A stretch of 64,000 nucleotides of DNA from Trichoplax adhaerens (Eukaryota; Animalia; Placozoa): NCBI RefSeq assembly GCF_000150275.1, contig NW_002060945.1:7631684-7695683 (forward strand), given 5' to 3'. The notes beneath the pieces are model-generated. The model did no database searches. It was not told the DNA's origin and saw only the letters and a list, made by a program, of their open reading frames with translations. Below are positions 28,178-42,200 of the stretch, piece after piece (the stretch's first letter is position 1; each line of letters starts with the position of its first letter). Position numbers and translations under genes: made by a program.

Positions 28178-31100
28178 ATGACAGAATCTGACGAGAAGAA
28201 AATGAATCGAAAAGGCTACTTAGAATTATCGGATAGCCACACGCTGAATGGAAAGGATCATCGGCAAGGGAATGGCAGTTACCAGCTTGGCGATGATGAA
28301 ACAGAGCCAATTCCAGTCCCCTCGATTGGTATTAAAGCCAATTTAGACGATGATGAAAGGGAAGATATAGAGGAAGAAGTGAGGGAATAGTCTACTCTAT
28401 CGCTAGTTTATTCGTTCAGATATGACTCTATACTGTCTATGTCGTTTCAAGGAGTAAAATAACTGGCAATAACGGTGTTTTATCGCGTTCTTGTAGCAAT
28501 TCTAACTTGAAATTATTTGATTTCCATTTTATTTTCCTCCTTTACTTTAAACTTACCTGCTGTTTGATCCAATTCATCAACCAATCTAATGGTGACAGTA
28601 TAATGATAAACAAGCTTTAATCCCGGTAAGACTAAGTAAGAATAAATGGCGGATAATTATAGTCGAAATGGACAGTCGCTATTCCTCTTACCTTATCTAG
28701 CTCTAGTTCTAGTTCTACGCTTGTGACTAATATTTAAGTCATTCCTAACTAATTTAATACTTACTAATCGCTACTACCGAAATATTAATTAATTTTGGCT
28801 GTTTGCACCAAAACTAAATAATAATACAGCAGCCAACGATTTTCAATTAACTTATGAATAGAGTGATAGAAAGATTTGGATATTTTCCTTGTTTCAGTCG
28901 GGACTAACTATTCTCATGTCTCTCCATCAATATAATTTAATAATGTGGCAGCATTCTACGGACGATGATGATTGTAAGGATGAAGAAACTGGTAGCATGG
29001 CGAGTAGTATATTTAATATCCTCAATACTATAATTGGTGCTGGGATTATCGGTAAGTAATGTCAATCGGATTAACTTGGAGACATTAAATAAGGTGCATT
29101 CGTCTTTGATTTTTAAACTGATTGCAAATATTATAGTGCAGAATGATTACTATTGAAACAGAGCAAGGCTTTGACGGACAGATTACTGATTTTACGAAAC
29201 TAATTTTAGGGATACCTTATTCCTTCCGACTCGCTGGTTTAGGGTTAGGGATTATCATCTTAACTTTGGTAGCCATAATAAGCGGTAAGGAATTCTTTAG
29301 TTGGTAAAATGTAGAAAATACGTCGGGGATGATCACCCATTTTAGGAGATCAATAGTAAATGAGAAAATCTTGATTTGACTAGTCATTGAAAATTAGAAA
29401 AGCCGCAAAATAATAATATAGATTATTTTAAAAAAATAATTCATCAAAATAGTTTATTCGTATTAAAACCTTTCATAAATGGCTAAATTATGCAGGTTAC
29501 TCGTGTTCAAGACAGATTTAGAAATATTTAAATACTACGTTTCATGTACTAGCAATTCAAGGAGTTGATGAAAATTGAACCAAAGTTCGCCATTTAGTTC
29601 ACAAACATACGTGTATAAGTATCAAAAAAGTTCCTTGATGCAACCCTTCTAAATTACAAAAAAATCAGGCAGATTACCATTGTCATTAACGAACTTATGG
29701 ACATTTAAATAGTATTTCAGCGTGCTATCAATGGAAGAAGTTGGTGAAAATTGAGTGTAATCTACTATAAGTCGCGTCGGATATTAAAATAGTTCTTCTT
29801 GAAGAATGAAGCCCTTTTAAGTTGTAGAAATTATACAGATTACCATTGTCACAGATAGATTTATGGCCATTTAAATACTGTTTTCGCTTACTATTAATGA
29901 AAGGAGTTGGTGAAAATTGCAATAAATCGTTTCAAATAAAAATTGAATGAAATTTACTGTAGAGTTCACAAAGAGGTCACGGCAGATATTAAAATAATTC
30001 TTCTTGAAGAATGAACTCCTTATAAGTTGCAAAAATCATATGGATTACCATTATCATAGACAGATTTTTAGAGCTTAAATATAAGGTTAGCTGAATATCG
30101 AAACTGTTTCGTTCAAAGATTGAAATTTTTATAGATTGCAAAATCGAGGCGGTTACTAGTATCAAAGGTGGCTTGCAGACATTTAAACATTATTCTAAAT
30201 GTGTTTGAGTACTCTATCAATGAAAAGAAAGAATTAAAATCCAATCTAAATTAATAGTTTTAGATGAAATAGAGAATGGTAGAAGTGACTATCGAGTTGA
30301 CAAATTGAGTGGTAGTTAATATATAAAAAATTTCTCTCAGAGCCTAGTAGAAAATCTTAAGGTTATTTATGAATTATCATTGCCATCATAATACTTATTA
30401 AACCAAGAATATTTTTGTTGTAGATGCGCAATCAGCTGGATTGGAATTGAATAGGATTCATTATGTTGATCTTAGTCATGTTCTAAACTCATTAAAGCGA
30501 CCATTTTATCAGGAAACATTTTCATTTCATTAATGAATTGCAGTTATTTCATCAGAAACTAATTAATGTCGATCGATAATACAATCCATTTCAACTACCG
30601 ACTCATTCTAAATTAGTTTGCCAAATGAATATTAATGATATTCTAAGCTATGGAAACAAGTTTACTTTTATTAGGCGTAAATAAATAATATTCTTAGCAG
30701 TGGAAGCGGCCAATTTATCTAAAGCCGTATTAAAACCCAAAGGCATTTGAAGCAATTGTAGCCCATTTATTGCATTAATTTTCAATAAGAAACTATCGTC
30801 ATTGATATAGAAATGATTTCATTACTTGATAGTTAAATAAAATAGAAGTATATACCTCAAATGTTTAATTGAAGTCAATTTCTTTAACGGTAGATTATGG
30901 CCTCATCATGCTAATCAAAGCCGGAACGATAACCGATGAGAATTCCTATCGTGTAAGTTACAAGTTTTGCTCACCAAGTCCTCATAAAATATTCATTATG
31001 GAGAGTCGAATTGTTATCGCTAGCTTTCAATGTTGTTGTTGTTCAACTCTTATGATGGAATATTGTTAGCTAGCAATAGTGCAAATAGAGCAAAGGCAAA

Positions 31101-34100
31101 TACAACTTTTTCATTCGATATTCAATAACAGGGGGTAATGACCGCCGCATTTGGAAAGCCAGGCCATGTTATAGCACTTTTGACACAATTTTTGTATCCG
31201 TTTATTGGTATATAATACAATCATCATATTCTTTTCCTGCTACTAATATTATCAATTACGTTGTACTAAAACTATTTTTCTAGAGAGAATAGTTGTAAAA
31301 TAAATGCTCTATTATTGATGTAGAATCAAAACTCCATGATAATTACGAGTTAATTTTCTTTCTATCTCTCATTTTCAATCACTAGCTTTAATGGGCTATT
31401 GCGTGGTCGTTGGCGATATTTTTACCAAAGTATTTCGACTTTTCGGTAATTAAAGTATTTTATTTAATCAATTTTAGCGTACTTTTTATTTGTTATTTAA
31501 CTACCGGTACCTTATATATATGCGCTACTATGTACTGCTCGGTACATGATTCATTTTATTAAGTCGTAATGTCATAAAGATTGTTATTGACTGGTTCATT
31601 AACGATTTACTTTAGAATATTAAATATCGTAGACTAGAGTTTAAATCCTATTTTTGAGTTCTATTCCATAGGATCAATTTATAAACATCGTGTCATGTGG
31701 ATCAGAAGTGTTTACTCATTTACGATTCGTTATTTAGAGTATTTCGTATTATTGACTAGAGTTTGAATCCTATTTTTGAATTCTATTTCGACGTTATCAA
31801 CTTATCAACATTATGTCCTATGGATTATTATTAATGCTTATTTCATTTACGATTCGCTATTCAGAGTATTTCATATGGTTGGCTAGTATTTGAATCCATT
31901 TCAACTACTACAGTATTTCGATATTATCATTTATTAAGACTATGTTGTAACGATTATTAGCGTTCCCTTCATTCGCGGTTCGTTATTTAGAATATTTTAT
32001 ATCGTTGGCTAGAGTTTAAATCCATTTTAATTCCCTTTTTCCACAAAATCAGCTTATTAAGATTAGGTCATAAGGATCATTAGTATCTACTCCATCTGTG
32101 GTTCGCTATTTAGAGTATTTCATATCATTGGCTAGAGTTGAAATTTATTCCGAGTTCTATTTCGATACAAACAACTTATAAAGACGATATCATAAGGATT
32201 ACTAACGTATTTTATATTGTTGACAAGGTTTAATTTCATTCTTGAATCCTGTTTCCGTAGGATCAATTTTTTACGAATATATTATAAGGATCATTAGCTT
32301 CTACTTTTACTATAATCTAGAGCATTCCATATCGTTAATTAGAGACTAAACAAATTAGGCAAATTGCTAATTTTTTTATACTTTAGATGTTGCCTATGAT
32401 TAAAATCTTTTTCACTAGCTAGTTAAGAGATGAAAAAATCATGTAGGATAGGTCTTGATTACTCTTTCGATGTATCACATCGTAAAATTGCCATTTGATG
32501 TAGTAAAATATCAGATTAAACATTCTTGTAACGTAGCACCGTACTAGCTTGACTCTATTTATCACTATCGCCAAGTCAATGACATTTTAAAGTAGATGAT
32601 AGAATTCTAAATTCTTTCCGTAGATTCTCCATCCAAAGCAGTTGATGCAAATATCCAATTTAAAGTGCGTCATTTGCCCAACCTATATGGAAGTAGCAAG
32701 ATGCTAATCAATACTTTACAGAGTTATCAGCCTCATTCATAATTAGTAAGGCGATAAGTAATACCAGTCTAAATTTTATGCTGTATTTTTAAGGATGACT
32801 TATAAACAATTTCAAGTATTACAACACTTCCAGTACCCATTTTAAACATTAGAATTGAATCATTATGCCACGATCAAATTGCCTTAATATATAATACTTC
32901 AAATATCGTCATAAATTTTGACTTTGAATAATCATTGCACGATGATAGAATCTTACTATAAGTTAAGTATGGTTCATTTGCTATTTATTAGGAGACGATG
33001 GAAATTTACTAACAAATCGGCAGTTTGTTATTTCTGCTGCAATGTTACTCATTATGGGGCCATTATGCTACATGAAAAAAATATCTAAACTTGGATGGGT
33101 AAAATTAGTTAATAATAGAGTGAAGCTATACTTTAGTTTGTGATTTTGCGCTAGGTTTCGGTGAAGAATGAATTTTATTTTATTGACTATATTTATTTTT
33201 AGACGTCCTGCTTATCCTTTATTTGTGTTGTAATATTGGTTATTGTGGCTGTCATACGAGTAGCAACGTTGGAAACATACATGTAGGAGAAACCATTTTT
33301 CTAAAGATGTTCCAATATAGATAAGAGATTCGATTTGAATTTTCATTTTATATTATCGTTCTATGTGTTTATAGGTATCTTGAAAGTCAATCCATACAGT
33401 TTGCTGCGCCAAAAGTACCCCAGGTAGGAGACTAATGGAATATGTAATCGTTTTAAAGCGGAATATCATTTCTGGAGAATCAAATTGAGCGAAATAATGA
33501 TTAGAATCCGTTCACTGATGATGTGGTAACATATTGATATTGTATATTTTAGGCCTTAGCCATCATGCAATTTAGTAAGACAGCAGGATCAATTATGTTA
33601 ACTATCATTTGAAGTTATATCAAAAATTTGAATACGTGGAACTCTTTAAAACATGGGGCAATGCAACTTCGTCCTCAATTTTCTCGATTTTAATCCTACA
33701 GCATTCGTTTGCCACTACAATATTTTCATTGTGTATCGCTTCATGAAAAAAAAAAGTGAAGAGAGAATTTCTAGGGCATGTCATACCGCTGTTGGAATTT
33801 CTTACCTGCTCTGCTTAGTCTTGGGCATCGCAGGCTATTTAACGTTTTTAGATGCAACTCAAGGTAATAAAGTGAACTAGTATCATGACCATCTTAATAC
33901 CTATATTCTGTTCAACTATAATAGTTTCTGTAGCGATCATGTGCTACAATGTTTTCTTGCGCTTTCACTCTTTAACGTAGTTTTAGTAGCACGGCTAAGC
34001 AGGATTTGTAAAACTAGATTGTTTTGCAAGTATGAACAAATTGTAACTACGATTCATTTTTTAGAATTAGCAGCATAGATTCGCTCAATTTTTCATCTCA

Positions 34101-35311
34101 GTAGCGATATTTTTGTTATAGATCAATAGCCGATTAAAAGTCGAATAAATCTGACATTTTGATCCGCATCTTTAACTAAAATTGGATGCCTAGTGTAACT
34201 TTAGCTTCCCATCCAATTAACTATACAGTAATAATGGTAGCTAAATATACTAAATAGAATCCATATGCTAGATAAGATGTTGCACATTGATTTTTAATGG
34301 CTACAAACATGTCAAAATGTATATTACATGAAATTTTCTTATAATTTCATAAGTATAGTATGATTATAGCGAAGCATTATGACTGTTATAACTGCTCAGT
34401 TATAGAAACTAGCGATATTATCGACAATAAATCCTTTCTAATCATATCTATTTCCTACTAGCCGATATTCTGCAAAACTACTGCGTTCATGATGTGCTCG
34501 TTAATGTGGCTCGAATTTGCTATGGAATTTCTGTGATGACTATTTATCCTCTCGATTGCTTCGCTTGTCGAGAAGTATGTTGAAATTGAAGACATCTCCG
34601 TAACAAAGCTTGCTAGCAATTTGTCCTAATCTTTATTTCTGTCCTTACTACTTAATTTAGACTGCTGATCAAGCTTTATTCCCAGACAGACCAAAGTCTA
34701 CTCTACGTCGGGTAGTAATCACAACCTGCGTCATTTTGGGAAGTTTACCTGTACCACTCATTACCAGTTGCTTAGGGACAGTTTTGGAATTGAATGTAAT
34801 TCTTTCAATATCCTAATCATATACATTAGTATTAACTTTGAACTTATAATTTTTGCAATATAAAATCGATTAATCTCAAAATAGGACTTGTCGTGAGTTT
34901 GATAGTATTACCCAAAATAACATTACTAAATTCCGTTTATTTACCTCATGTTTATTATTATTGTATAACTTAGGGAAGTCTAACAGCAGCTCCAATAGGT
35001 AAAAGGAATGAATGGATGATTTGAAAGAATGTTGTTTAAAATTGTGGTTAAATTGTTCTTGTGCTTTATATTTAGGTTTCATTTTTCCAGCCGCTTGCTA
35101 TCTGAAAATAGCGAAAGGTTCTCTGATATCGCCATCAAAGTTAGCTGCTGGATTTATTGTAGTCTTAGGAACCTTTGCATCTTTCTTGGGTACAATTTAC
35201 GCCATTATTGGAGCTAAAGGATGTGGCCATCATGTATTAAATCCATGGTGCAATGAAACTATGTTTTCTAATGACAGCTATATCACGATACTGAATAATA
35301 CATTAAAGTAA
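28178..35311 (+). CDS. SLC38A11: SLC38A11-like amino acid transporter, paralog 2 (16 coding exons, 508 aa)
   Basis: Exons 28178-28378, 28599-28625, 28952-29051, 29210-29284, 30894-30952, 31132-31207, 31386-31445, 32992-33098, 33203-33282, 33375-33423, 33553-33574, 33702-33863, 34462-34574, 34661-34795, 34974-34998, 35076-35311. Core exon sizes are identical to paralog 1 (75,59,76,60,107,80,49,22,162,113,135,25). In frame, 1527 nt. Confidence 0.92.
29560..30085. repeat. Intronic degenerate tandem repeat, ~170 bp unit, 3 copies
   Basis: aggagttggtgaaaattg...gattaccattgtca...atttaaata starting near 29560, 29736 and 29902. Confidence 0.75.
31550..32350. repeat. Intronic degenerate tandem array, ~125 bp unit, 6-7 copies
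   Basis: tttagagtatttcatatc.ttggctagagtttaaatcc near 31611, 31733, 31860, 31986 and 32109, with partial copies near 32207 and 32317. Confidence 0.8.
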
Positions 35312-38300
35312 TAGCAAAGTGACTAATTATTTTGGATAGGAGGGACATTGCCTAATAGCAATAAGCACGAAAATTTAATTTTTTGACGCCCTTTTGATAT
35401 AACTATCTGAAAATCAAACTTGATAATCATAGGAAGATTGTTTCAATACCTTCAATATTTATTCTAGAATTTTCATATTTCAGTCTTATTTTCTCTTGTG
35501 ATTACTTCGACTCGAAATTTCAGGCTGATTTTGACAATTCTGCCAAACCTATTTAAAATTTTGTTAAAATTTATTGGACATATCAATAAGCATGTAATAT
35601 ATTTCCCCTAATGAATAAGAAAAGATAAATTATGATGTAATATGGAACTAATTGATTCAAAGAAAAAAAAGATAAAATCGTAAATTGAATTAAAATTGCA
35701 AAATCTGCTTGGATCCGTATATACATCATTTCGATGATGCTTATTTGTTTATTCCGAATGGGATAGAGACTAATTTTTCCTTTGTTGAAGAAGGATAACC
35801 TTAACTACAGGGAGTTCTGCTATAAAATTTATGTCTTTAAGGATTGTTATTTAAAATTATATCAAAATCTTAGAAAGTGAACTAAAAGTTCGTCGATATA
35901 GGGTTGATGAATCAATTTGTATGCTCGTCTATCGGTTTTGTGTTTGATTATTTTAACAACCTTTAAGATTCGTGAATGAAAATAAAATAAAATTGTATGC
36001 ATTTGAAACCAACAATTCTAAATATACTTCTGCTGATATTTTACTGCATATTAGCATCTTAATCGTGTATGTGAGCTTTCTATCTTATTAGAAGTAGAAA
36101 ACATGTTAGATACCTTAACAAAACCTAGCGTTTATTTACTAAAGTGATGAAAAAACAAAACTAGAGGACGTATAGTTTAGTAGAATCAGTCAAAAATAAA
36201 CTTGCTAATTTATAATTATAGTAAATATTTCCACCTTTAAGAAAGACATAATACGATAGTATCAGTTTTTGAATACCAGTTGAATTATTTGGATAGCGTA
36301 AAGAGCTGATTTTGGGAGAGCAAATAGAGATTGATTCTGTTGGTTGGCGGAGAAACATTGCAGATTGTAATCACTTGTACTCCATAACATTAGCTAGCTA
36401 AGAATGGAATAGGCTAGGCCTATTCCATCTTGTGTCGATTTATAGGAACAGGATGAGGATTGAAATCAATACAATGTTTATAATTATAGCTATAATATGT
36501 GCAACAACCAGGCTCAAGTACAATAAATAAAAATTTTGTAAAAAAAAATTGCAATACGACGGTTTATGAAGTATCTCGTCCAAAAAAAGAAAAGCATGTA
36601 GCTACCGCAAATTGTGGCCTAATAATTTTTCTTTATAATATCCATTACAGCAAACTGTAGGCTAATAGCCCTTGTAGTAACATCGAATTGCACCATATGC
36701 TATTATAAGGACTTTCATAAATGATAATTGCGTCCATACTAGAGTATATACATTAGGGCTCTCTCTAATGAATATGGTAAATACCTATCTAAGATCAGAA
36801 TAATATATAATTTCAGCAAACTATGATGTAATAATCTTTTCAAAAAACCCCGAATTATTTCTTTAGCGATTATAAAGAGTTTAACAAGTGATAATTTCAC
36901 AATTTTATTTGCATTAGGGTCCTAGAACATGGAGTTCTTAGCGCTCTAAAGGTGCCACTAAAAATGTAAGTACTCGAATCAAACCTAAATAATTGCTATT
37001 CCAGCAAGAAGATGATTTTTTGATTGTTTATTAATGCTTTAATTTCCTTCATAAATCAATTATCATATCAAGAAATATTGTAATATTAGCAAGATACAAC
37101 TTTTGAGTTGAAAGAGTCTAGGAGGAAAATTTTGACTCAATCGCAGACTTTTAGTTAACGATTAAATTATTAATGATACTTGATCAAAGATCATGTGGTA
37201 TCCCTTTCAATAGTTTCTGTAATACCTTGATAAAGCAAAGATTGGTATAATTAGGGCGTCCAATGAGGTGTCAATTATGATATTTTGCCTTAGTCAACAT
37301 AATTAGTTATTTTATCTATTTTATAATACAATTCAGGGATTGATTGCGATACATTGCTCGCTTTTAAAAAGTTAAGCGAGTAGTATTAATCTTAAAGTTT
37401 ATAATCCATGAAGGTTGTTAAAATTGGGTCTAGCTTTTAATCGATCTTTAAAAGATAATCTAGTCTATAGGGGACACCTTAGACTGTTTTCATTATGAAT
37501 CCAGGTGAGTATTAGTTTTACCCTTGTAATAGACTTGTAATGTATGTTATATCCAGGTTAAAAATCAGATGAAAGCAACACTTATAGCCGAGGCATATCT
37601 GTTCATACAGATAATACAGATTGACCTTAATTCCTAGTAAAGTTCTGGAAATACTAAAACTTCGTCATAGAGACGAATCTTGCTTTGAGATGTTAGCGAT
37701 ATTACGCAATCTCTATTTTTCATGCAAATATATCGTAGCGAACTGGTTCAGTGATTGAGTATTAAATCTAGAATACTATAGGGCTAAAACATGAATAAAT
37801 ACTTGATTGAAGTCAGAATAATGGAGAGGTTTAATTTTACTGCTGCGGCCAGGTAGATACTCGATCAGCGCAATAAATAGGCTTCAATTTGATTGCTAAG
37901 CTGCACGCCTACTCGATTTGTACAATAGATAGATTGAATATTGTAGTCAGCTAGTAATGCTAGATGATAAAGGTACGAATAGATTTAATCACATATTTCC
38001 TTCATTTTCTTTAAAGGTATACCCATGATTAAGGAGGTAGTAGACCAGCGTAGTGGATCGACTTAATTGTTAGGCTGTTGATTATTATATACTCGTATAT
38101 ACGAGTATGTTAAATAATGAAAGTGAGAAGATTTTAACTCAGGTATCTATCATAAGGTTATAGAGATACAAATTAGTAATAATTAGGGTTAGTTTTTAGA
38201 CTATGAATGATACTGAATGATGAAAGCGCTAATGGATACATCATTTATTGCCTAGAAACCTGTAATTAATTTCTAGAACTATTTAAGAGCTTTTCTTCGT

Positions 38301-39298
38301 TTACTAGCTGTAAGCAAACAGAAATGAATTAATGTCGGTCTTCCTGCCAAGTTAAACTATATCCAAGTCTGTAGTTATTAAAATAGCAATCATGGTGTTT
38401 ACTGAATATATGACGATAGATATCATTAACATTTGATATTTTTCCTTCTTTGCTTAAACATAAATCAATGTTTGCCTAACGGTGTTGATTGCTTTAGAAA
38501 TATCGCGTTAAAAATTCAATAAAAGAGTGGGTATATTGAATAAATAAATAGTGGGAGTATGATGAATACGAATGAGGTGATGGCTGTTTTATCTTTACTT
38601 GTAAGCAAATAGACAAGTACAGCCATGGAGATACTCTTAACAGCAGCTTATGGGCTAGTTTTACTAACATCCAATAACAATGTAACTATAGGCATAATAA
38701 TGTACTATAATGCTCTTTATTTATACTGAGAAAAGAGTCCTGGCCAGATTAATCATTTTGGTAATTAACTACCGGGAAGGATTGAAATTATTCCGATCGC
38801 AAAGAATTTATCTCAGGTTTCAAAGATTCACTTCATTTTGACATTCACTGTAATTTGTCATAATTATTCCTTGTATGCCCTATGTTGCTCAAGATGGACA
38901 AGTGTCCATTCACTTAAAACTGCTACTGTATTAAATTAGTAGCCGAACGTGAAGTTCTTATTTAAAATAGTAGAATAAAATACGATTCATAGTCAAGTTA
39001 TAAGCTGATAAATTTGAGAATATAAAATATTTTAGTTTTGAAGATTAATTTTCCTTACTATTGACCATGAAACTGCAGTTATACGAGTAATTAAATAGTA
39101 ATAGATAAATATAATTGCCATAAGCTCTCAAAAATGGATTCATTTGAATTTTTGGAAAGTTGCTCACAGTCCCTTAATGAGATGAAAAACTCTTCTATTG
39201 CTTTCCATACGTTGATTAATTATTGAATCGTTCTTCGCTGACTGTAAAAATTTTCTATTTTCAGCCCTTGTGAAAATCGAGTTTAGTAAGTCAAAAGG

Positions 39299-42200
39299 AT
39301 GAAAAAATTTATCGATGGTTACCAAGCGGTGGATAATAAAACTAGTTCAAGTCAGGAATCGACTAGACTATTCTATCATGTCGAATCAGAAGAGCATGTT
39401 AGCATGGATGATATTTATAGGAGAAGAAGTAGTTCAGACACAAGTTCAATCCAAGGATATCAAAATATAGTTGATGCAAGTGAAATAATGGAAATGAAAA
39501 GCATTCCTATTAATGATGCTGGTGTAAGTGATAATTGTAGGGGTTTTTAGTTGATGACCTGAGGTACCTTTACGCCATATTGTGGTAGATTCTGAATGGA
39601 GTAAAGCTGAATAGTAGATTTTATGAAACAATTTACGAGAGTAGAGCCACCCATTCTTGTAAATACATAATACCTAGGATGTACTCGAGAAATGAGCTAC
39701 ATATGATTTAGTTCATCTCTATAGAACTACTTTAAGGTATTTGAGAAAAGATTTTGTTAAATAATCTACTCGTGCAAGTACATAAGTCTTAGGATATACT
39801 TGAGAAATGAAGAAAAAATATGGTTTAGGTCATTTCTGTTTAGAATTACGGCAGTTAAAACTGTATGAGAGGAATTGTAGATAGAATAATCTGTTGTCGC
39901 AAGCAAAGTACAGTAATTCTGTTAGTATTTGCAATAGTTTTAGGTATCAAATAGAGGATTGAAAATATCTATTTGAAACTAGGTGAATAAATTAGAAGTT
40001 GAAACTTTTTTTAATTTGAAACGAATGAAACACTTTGTTCACAAAATTATTGTTGTGGAATTCTTTCAGATTTCTTTTTATAAAGTAAATTGAAGTGAGA
40101 ACATTCTTTTACCCAATATCAGAAACAGTACACTTGTATTTACGATGTGCAAATACAGCCAATTGATCCATTACATTCGTGATTGTTATTTAACAAACTT
40201 GGGTTTTTATTTTAGGATGGCAACTATGATGATCATAGTTTGCTTTTAAAGGTACGATTCATCAAGAAAAACGGGTGAAAATATCTAATTTATTGGTCGC
40301 AAAAGAATAGTACTTTCAAGTTATTATGAATAAGATGAAATAATTTACTATGTAGATAGACAATCATAAGGAAAATGATAAATCTGGCATTGCTTTATCC
40401 TCGTTTAACATTATGAATACTATCTTAGCTACGGGCATCTTGGGTAATTGATATTTTTACTATTTGATATGCTAATCTATGCAGATAGTATAGAACCTAA
40501 CCAATTTTTTTTATCTATATCGCCAATCACAGGAATACCCTATGCTTTAAAGCAAGCAGGATTTGTTATGGGCTTAATTATTCTCCTGCTTGTCGCAGCT
40601 ATATCAGGTAATGTCTATTTTATCCTTCCATCACCACAGTTGCTTCTATGAAAATTACCAGCTAGGCTATTTTTAGATATTTTAGAATTTCCTTCTTTAT
40701 CAATATGGTGTTGTGATGCTAATGCCTCCGCATTAATCAAGTATTTCTTAGCAAACGTAGAATATAATGAAGTATTTGCAACAATCACCATAGACGCACT
40801 GATTATAGATGATCAGCGATGTTATAGAAATTTCCTTCTTTATAAATGTTGTGTTTTGATACTAATGCCTTTGCATTAACCAAGAATTTTTGGTATACTA
40901 TATGCAGAATATAATGGAGTTTTTACAACATCATTATAGACGCTTTAATGATAGAGGATCATAGATGACCATCGATGTTTTAAAATTTTCTTCTTTATGA
41001 ATATTTTGTGAAAATGCTGATACTTTCACATTAATTATCATTTATAACCACATTATTAGCTTAGCTTTTAGAAGTTTGCTTTACTACTATAGTGATAGCT
41101 AGGTATAACTAAGACATGCTTTATCCAACTACTGTATAATGTATATATATGGCGGATGCACTAACAAATAGGAAGTTAAAAGTTTCTTGTCGGTCATGTT
41201 GAAATCGATTTTTAATTGATTGCAGATTTTACAGCATTATTATTGATCAAGTCCGGCAGATTAGCCAGTCAGAGCTCTTACCAGGTGAGATAGAAGATCC
41301 TTTTTGGCTTATTTGAAATAGCTTGATCATTTATACAGCATAAGGAGTCTATTTACATTTCTATTTGCTTCAGAGTGTTTATTGAAAAATATTGACTCAT
41401 CAAGGAGCCAATTAATCATCATTTTATTCCAGTCTTTATCATTGCTTCTTTACACCATAATTACGGACATTATTTCCAATGCGTACTATGTCTTTATTCC
41501 GAATTTTTAATTATCCATATTCTATGGAGGCTAAAACTACATTTGAACAGATAACTTTGTATGAAATCGAGGAAATTTAAAAATACAATTTGTCAGCGAT
41601 ATCACGCCTTACATACTTATTCTTGTCGCCTATTTCATGACTTGGATATATTGCTGATCTAGCCTTCTCAAAATGCAATTATAAAATTATGCGAGGAATA
41701 TTTTATAAAATAGAAAAAAAGTAACAAGCAGAATACAGAAACATAGTGAAATATTGCAGATAATACTAGACGGGTAGTTGCTGATAGATGATAAAAATGT
41801 TAGAGGTTAATAAATATTGCATGAGCATAAGTGTTGCCATTGCTTGAGGTATTTTTATTAATGGCATTTGCAATCAAGGTAGCCAATAGCCTATGCCATT
41901 TTAACGGACATTACTGTGCTGAATCAATCTTTTGCTTTATAAAAATAGCTGATGCATTTACTTTGTTTTAAAATGAAACACAGAATCTTGCCAGGGCTGC
42001 CTTTGGTAATATGGGTTATTATCTTGCACTAGTCTGCCAGTTTTTATTCCCTTTTCTTGGTTAGTCGATAAAATCGTTTAACCTACGATGGAAATGCTTT
42101 AAAGTTCGGAGACTAATTAATATTTAATGTAGAGCAGGACTTGACCAGTTTATAGTGGTTAATGGACGTAAAATGGATAACTAATTGTATTTTATATATG

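Noticed and set aside
36404-36440. Hairpin as a Helitron 3' end
   Set aside because: No properly spaced CTRR terminus and no matching 5' end or second copy in the window.
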